DNA of 11,120 nucleotides, from positions 1 through 11,120 of the forward strand of contig CAZGJX010000122.1 of NCBI GenBank assembly GCA_964525635.1, in the 5' to 3' direction. The notes below the pieces were generated by a model that saw only the letters and a list, made by a program, of their open reading frames with translations, did no database searches and was not told the origin of the DNA. The DNA comes from an uncultured archaeon. GTDB taxonomy: Archaea > Asgardarchaeota > Lokiarchaeia > Sigyniarchaeales > SOKP01. The position numbers and the translations under genes were made by a program. Shown piece after piece: positions 6,275 to 11,120 of this stretch. Numbering within the stretch: position 1 is the stretch's first letter; each line of letters begins with the position of its first letter.

Positions 6275-9200
6275 TTGACCGCTAAAAAAGAATCAAAGAA
6301 AGGAAAGAAAGAAGATAAAGATCAGAGATCATTATTTTCTTTTATTGAAACAAAAAAACCAGAAGAAACTATTCAAAAACCTAAAATACCTGAAGAAAAA
6401 GAAAAAAAAAAAAAAGAAAACGATAAAAAACCTGAAAAATCAAAAGAAATAAAACCTGAGGAAAAAAACACACCATCCATTAAGGATGAAACTAAGATAA
6501 AAAAAATACCTGATAATTTATTTTATAAAGAAAATAAAACACCCTTTGGATTGAAAGAAGGAGATATTAATTTAGAGAAAGTGTTAAGAGAAAGTGTTAC
6601 TTCTAAATATCTCCGATATTTGATTAAAAAAGGAGATATAGCATCAAATATAGAAAAAGGTTTATTACTTGATGTAAATTATGATGGAAGTTTAAATAAA
6701 GCATATTGTAAGATTTACGATTTAGATGCAGATGAGATTAAAATATGGATTGATACAACAGAACATACACCTTATTGTATAACCAAAGCTCCTAAAAAAG
6801 AATTAGAAAACAATGTTAAATTAACTGAATATGAGGGCTTTAAAGGATTTGAAGAAATTAAGAAATTTGACCTTTTAAATGATGAAGAAATTACTATGAC
6901 AAAAGTCTATGGTAGAACACCTACAAATATAGGCGGGGCTGGGTTAAATATTAAAAATATAATAAAGGAAAGTGGTTATAATGCATGGGAAGCGGATATA
7001 CGTTATCATATTAATTACATATTTGATATCGGATTAATTCCTGGAATGATTTATTCAATTAAGAATGGAACCATTAAAAAGATAGATTTCCATTCTAATA
7101 AAGAAGAATATAATAAAATGGCGAAAGAACTCCTCAGTAAATTCAAAGATGACTCAAAAGAGTTAAAGACTTTTACTGAGGAAAATATTGACATTTTTTT
7201 GACACCAATTCCCGATTTAAAAAGATTGGCTCTTGATATTGAGGTGAGTATTGGTCCAAATGATTATAATATTCCAGATCCTATGTTAGCTAAACAAGAA
7301 GTCATTAGTGTATCATTTGTGGCGAATGATGGACTTAAAAAAGTGTATGTCTTAGAGCGTAAAGGATTTTCTTATAAGGGAAATCATAAAAAATTTCCCT
7401 CTGATGCTAAGATTATCTATTTTAAAAGTGAAAAAGATTTGCTTATTGAGACATTTCGTTTAATGTGGGAATATCCAATAATCATCACATTTAATGGTGA
7501 TAATTTTGATTTAAATTATTTATATCACCGAGCTAATAGATTTAAAATTGACCATGATCTGAATCCAATTCATACTAAACCAGGATTTGGTATGTTGGCA
7601 AGAAGAGAATGTGATCTTAGAAAAGGAATACATATTGACATTTTTAACTTTTTCGTAAATAGAAGTATTTCCGGATATGCGTTTGGAGGAGTTTATCAAC
7701 GAAACTCTCTAAATGCAATAAGTAATGCGTTATTGGGTGAGGAAAAATATGCTCATGAGGAAGATATTCATGATATGGAATATGATGTTTTAACTTGGTA
7801 TAATCTAAAAGATTCGATCCTAACTCTGGAACTTACTCAGTTTAATAACAATTTGGTTTGGAATTTGATAATTCTTTTATGTCGAATAACAAAAATGCCC
7901 ATTCATGAAGTAATTAGGCGACAGATCTCTACATGGATTCAAAATATTCTTTATTTTGAACATCGAAGAAAAAATTATTTAATTCCACGAAGATCTGAAA
8001 TATCTGAATTAAAAAAAGGAGGATATTCGAAATCTACTATTGAAGGAAAAAGATTTCAAGGTGCTTATGTAATTACTCCAGTTCCGGGTATACATTTTAA
8101 TGTTGTTGTAATGGATTTTTCTTCACTATATCCTACTATTATAAAAGAATATAATCTTTCTTACGAAACTGTCATATGTCCTCATGATGATTGTATGGAT
8201 AATTTAGTAAAAGGAGTTCCTTATCATATATGTACACATAAAATGGGCATATTTGCATATATTGTAGGTTTTTTTAGAGACATACGTGTAAAATATTTTA
8301 AACCTAAATCAAATGATAAAACTTTATCTAATGAACAAAAAAGCTATTTTAAAACAATCCAACAAGCATTAAAGGTCTTCGTCAATAGCTCCTATGGAGT
8401 ATTTGGCTCACTAAACTTTCCTCTTTATTGTAATCCCGTTGCAGAGAGTACTACAGGAATTGGAAGATATTCTATTAAAAAAACAATAGAAAAAGCTGAA
8501 GATATGAATATTCAAGTACTCTATGGAGACAGTGTTACGGGAGATACCCCCTTATTACTAAAAAAAAATGGTTTAATTCATATTAAAACAATTGATGATT
8601 TATGTTCAGAATGGAATTCATCAAATGGAAAACAATTTGCTACTACTGATTTCGAAGTTTGGAATGAAAAAGGTTTCACAAAAATTAAAAAAATAATTAG
8701 ACATAAAACTTCAAAAAAAATATATCGGATTCTAACTCACACTGGAGTTGTTGATGTAACTGAAGATCATAGCTTAATTGATATTCAAGGAAATGTAATT
8801 AAACCTTCTAATACAAAAGTAGGAACTAAGCTACTCCATGCGTTTCTTAAAAATTTTGAGAAAAAAGAAACTAATAACTTATCTGAAGATGAAGCTTTTA
8901 TTTATGGATTGTTTTATGCAGATGGTTCGGCAGGTAAATATTATGATAAGTGGAGTTATAAATATTCTTGGGCTATTAATAATCAAAATACTGTTCTGTT
9001 ATTAAAAGCAGTTAAAATATTAAATCAACTTGAAAAAAAAAAAGGGTTGAAGTTTAAAATTCTTGATACAATGGAATCATCATCTGTATATAAATTAGTA
9101 CCTACTGGTGGTCTTAAAGAGATAACAGAAAGGTATCATTCCTTATTTTATGATAAAAATGGTTATAAAAAAATACCAAATATGATTATTAATTCACCTT

Positions 9201-10258
9201 TAAGTGTAAGAAAAAGTTTTTTTGAAGGATATTATTCTGGAGATGGAGATAAATGGGGTAAAAAGAAGATGGGAAATACAAAATTATCCAATAAAGGTAA
9301 AATTGGGACCATGGGTTTTTATTATTTATTAAAGTCTTTAGGATATAAAGTAAGTATTAATTCCAGAACAGATAAACTCAATATATTCAGATTAACTGCA
9401 ACTAAATCATATCAAAGAAAGGATACTAATTCAATAAAAAAAATAATATCTCTTGGTAAAACAACAGACTATGTGTATGATCTAGAAACTGAAAATCATC
9501 ATTTTCAAGCAGGCGTTGGTGAATTAATTGTTCATAATACTGATTCTGTCTTTTTATTAAATCCAAACAAAGATCAAATGAAAGAAATCTCTAATTGGAG
9601 CAAAAATGAGCTTGATTTAGATTTAGAAGAAGAAAAAACATATCAATTTTTAGCACTATCAGAAAGAAAGAAAAATTATATTGGTGTGTATAAAGATACT
9701 AAAGGTATAGATATTAAAGGTCTTGTTGCAAAAAAGAAAAATACTGCTAATTTTATAAAAACGATTTTTAATGATATGATTGAGATTTTTAAACATATCA
9801 CAAATATAGAGGAATTTGAAAAGGCTCGGCAAGAAATTATCGCAAATGTTAAAGATAATTTTAAAAAAATAGGAAAACCAAATATATTTTCATTAGAAGA
9901 TTATGCAATTCATATTTCAATACAGAAAAACCTTAATCAATATGATAAAGTAATACCCCAACATGTAAGAGCTACCTTAGAATTGAAGGATTATGAAATA
10001 AATAAAGTAAAAAATGCACCAAATAAAAATAAACTAATCAATAATATTAATAAGAAATATCAGAAGGGATATATCGCAACATTTATAAAATCTAAAGGCA
10101 GTATTGGAGCAAAAGCTATTGAAATAGCAAAAATCCAAGATATAGATATCAAAAAATATAAAGAACTTCTTAAATCCGCTTTAGAACAAGTATTAGATGC
10201 TATAGGGATCTCATGGCAAGAAATAAAAGGAATAAAGAAAATGGATGCTTTTTTTTAG
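6275..10258 (+). CDS. polB1: Family B DNA polymerase, archaeal PolB1 (Dpo1-like), intein-containing precursor (1327 aa; about 991 aa after splicing)
   Basis: Exo I LALDIEV, Exo II TFNGDNFD, Exo III YNLKDS, motif A DFSSLYPTII, motif B QQALKVFVNSSYG, motif C YGD|TDS (split by the intein), KKNYIG and IKGL. The N-terminal segments LLDVNYDG...AYCKIYD...DTTEHTPY and AWEADIRYHINYIFDIGLIPG match the PolB1/Dpo1 pattern rather than PolB3. Confidence 0.93.
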   Translation: MTAKKESKKGKKEDKDQRSLFSFIETKKPEETIQKPKIPEEKEKKKKENDKKPEKSKEIKPEEKNTPSIKDETKIKKIPDNLFYKENKTPFGLKEGDINLEKVLRESVTSKYLRYLIKKGDIASNIEKGLLLDVNYDGSLNKAYCKIYDLDADEIKIWIDTTEHTPYCITKAPKKELENNVKLTEYEGFKGFEEIKKFDLLNDEEITMTKVYGRTPTNIGGAGLNIKNIIKESGYNAWEADIRYHINYIFDIGLIPGMIYSIKNGTIKKIDFHSNKEEYNKMAKELLSKFKDDSKELKTFTEENIDIFLTPIPDLKRLALDIEVSIGPNDYNIPDPMLAKQEVISVSFVANDGLKKVYVLERKGFSYKGNHKKFPSDAKIIYFKSEKDLLIETFRLMWEYPIIITFNGDNFDLNYLYHRANRFKIDHDLNPIHTKPGFGMLARRECDLRKGIHIDIFNFFVNRSISGYAFGGVYQRNSLNAISNALLGEEKYAHEEDIHDMEYDVLTWYNLKDSILTLELTQFNNNLVWNLIILLCRITKMPIHEVIRRQISTWIQNILYFEHRRKNYLIPRRSEISELKKGGYSKSTIEGKRFQGAYVITPVPGIHFNVVVMDFSSLYPTIIKEYNLSYETVICPHDDCMDNLVKGVPYHICTHKMGIFAYIVGFFRDIRVKYFKPKSNDKTLSNEQKSYFKTIQQALKVFVNSSYGVFGSLNFPLYCNPVAESTTGIGRYSIKKTIEKAEDMNIQVLYGDSVTGDTPLLLKKNGLIHIKTIDDLCSEWNSSNGKQFATTDFEVWNEKGFTKIKKIIRHKTSKKIYRILTHTGVVDVTEDHSLIDIQGNVIKPSNTKVGTKLLHAFLKNFEKKETNNLSEDEAFIYGLFYADGSAGKYYDKWSYKYSWAINNQNTVLLLKAVKILNQLEKKKGLKFKILDTMESSSVYKLVPTGGLKEITERYHSLFYDKNGYKKIPNMIINSPLSVRKSFFEGYYSGDGDKWGKKKMGNTKLSNKGKIGTMGFYYLLKSLGYKVSINSRTDKLNIFRLTATKSYQRKDTNSIKKIISLGKTTDYVYDLETENHHFQAGVGELIVHNTDSVFLLNPNKDQMKEISNWSKNELDLDLEEEKTYQFLALSERKKNYIGVYKDTKGIDIKGLVAKKKNTANFIKTIFNDMIEIFKHITNIEEFEKARQEIIANVKDNFKKIGKPNIFSLEDYAIHISIQKNLNQYDKVIPQHVRATLELKDYEINKVKNAPNKNKLINNINKKYQKGYIATFIKSKGSIGAKAIEIAKIQDIDIKKYKELLKSALEQVLDAIGISWQEIKGIKKMDAFF
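8531..9538 (+). mobile_element. Intein with a LAGLIDADG (DOD) homing endonuclease domain, 336 aa (precursor aa 753-1088), at the PolB motif C site
   Basis: Block A SVTGDTP (Ser1), block B DVTEDHSL (TxxH), block C EAFIYGLFYADGS, block E SFFEGYYSGDG, block F DYVYDLET and block G LIVHN followed by a +1 Thr. Excision restores YGDTDS exactly. Confidence 0.97.
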
Positions 10259-10272
10259 TTAATAATCTATTC

Positions 10273-11118
10273 TTAAATAAAGAAATATAATATTCCCATT
10301 ATCCCTCCGCATAATAATGGATTTAGGATATTATCATCAATGTTTATACTTACTAAATCAATAATTAAAAATGTAAATGCACCACTAATAGCTATTAAAA
10401 TTTGTTTTGTAACTTCTAAATCAGAACTAAAAATTAACAAACATAATAGTGAAATTATAAAAGACGCAATAAAACCAGCAAAATAACCAATTACTGTCTT
10501 ATTTGAATTCTTAGGATAATTGTATTTCCCATATTTTATTCCAATTATTGAAGCAGCACCATCTCCAATAGTTCCAATCAATGATGCAGAAGCAAAAATA
10601 CCAAATGGGAGGAAAAATATAGGTGTAAAAGCTAAGATTAAAACAACTGGTTTAGTAAATTCAAATATCTCATTACGCTTTAATGATTTTATTAATAGAT
10701 TAGAAACGTTGTTAGGAAGTAAATGAAAAAACTTTCTTTTCGTAAATATATATGATAATCTCACATAATCTAAAGCAGTGAACATTAATATTCCAGAATA
10801 TCCTGTTGTTATTATTAAAAAGGTTCCAAATTGCTCTCCTGAAATTCCCCAAAAAATATTTGCATTCCATATACCCTCCCAGATATTAACTGCAAAGATC
10901 CATAATATAATAATAATTATAGCAGGGAAAAGATGAAGGACTTTTCTATGAACATCCGTTTTTAATGAATATGACTTCATATTTTTATCAGTATTATTTG
11001 ATTCTTCGAATTTCTTTAAAAAAAATACTAAATTTCTTTTTTCAATAATATTTGGATTTTTTTTAATAATAAAAAAAAATTGGTAAGATAAAATCAAAAA
11101 AATCAATAAAGGAGTAAA
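10273..11118 (-). CDS. CTP-dependent polyprenol/dolichol/phytol kinase-family membrane protein, 5'-truncated by the window edge
   Basis: Motifs RKVLHL, GDGAASIIGIKYG...KTVIG..AG and IDDNILNPL with multiple TM segments. The frame stays open upstream of the TTG at 11106 to the window end (F-T-P-L-L), so the true start probably lies outside. Confidence 0.82.
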   Translation of the reverse strand, partial: FTPLLIFLILSYQFFFIIKKNPNIIEKRNLVFFLKKFEESNNTDKNMKSYSLKTDVHRKVLHLFPAIIIIILWIFAVNIWEGIWNANIFWGISGEQFGTFLIITTGYSGILMFTALDYVRLSYIFTKRKFFHLLPNNVSNLLIKSLKRNEIFEFTKPVVLILAFTPIFFLPFGIFASASLIGTIGDGAASIIGIKYGKYNYPKNSNKTVIGYFAGFIASFIISLLCLLIFSSDLEVTKQILIAISGAFTFLIIDLVSINIDDNILNPLLCGGIMGILYFFI

Positions 11119-11120
11119 GA

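Noticed and set aside
6275-10258. Viral or proviral origin of the whole region, given a PolB with a virus-like intein next to a tRNA
   Set aside because: The extein is cellular PolB1-like and the neighbours are cellular-type genes. No integrase, capsid, terminal repeat or att duplication is visible in the window.
10520-10726. 68-aa + strand ORF
   Set aside because: It is an antisense shadow of the polyprenol-kinase-family gene.

Overview
Very AT-rich archaeal chromosomal segment. It is most consistent with an Asgard (Lokiarchaeia-like) genome, inferred from a PolB1-type polymerase, BHB-type tRNA introns and frequent TTG/GTG starts. From left to right it holds a possible small membrane peptide, a Cys-His-Asp transglutaminase/papain-like hypothetical protein, an alkaline phosphatase/NPP-superfamily enzyme (- strand), an acyltransferase-3 membrane protein and a 10-repeat TPR protein. 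Next come a tRNA-Thr(UGU) on the - strand, absent from the ORF track and split by two 30-nt non-canonical introns (D-arm and T-loop), and a small protein with two DUF2934-like repeats. These are followed by a family B DNA polymerase (PolB1/Dpo1-like) carrying a 336-aa LAGLIDADG intein at YGD|TDS, and the 3' part of a dolichol/phytol-kinase-family membrane protein. The two most notable items are the PolB1 intein, which resembles the giant-virus (Mimivirus-type) PolB intein as I recall it, and the doubly interrupted tRNA.
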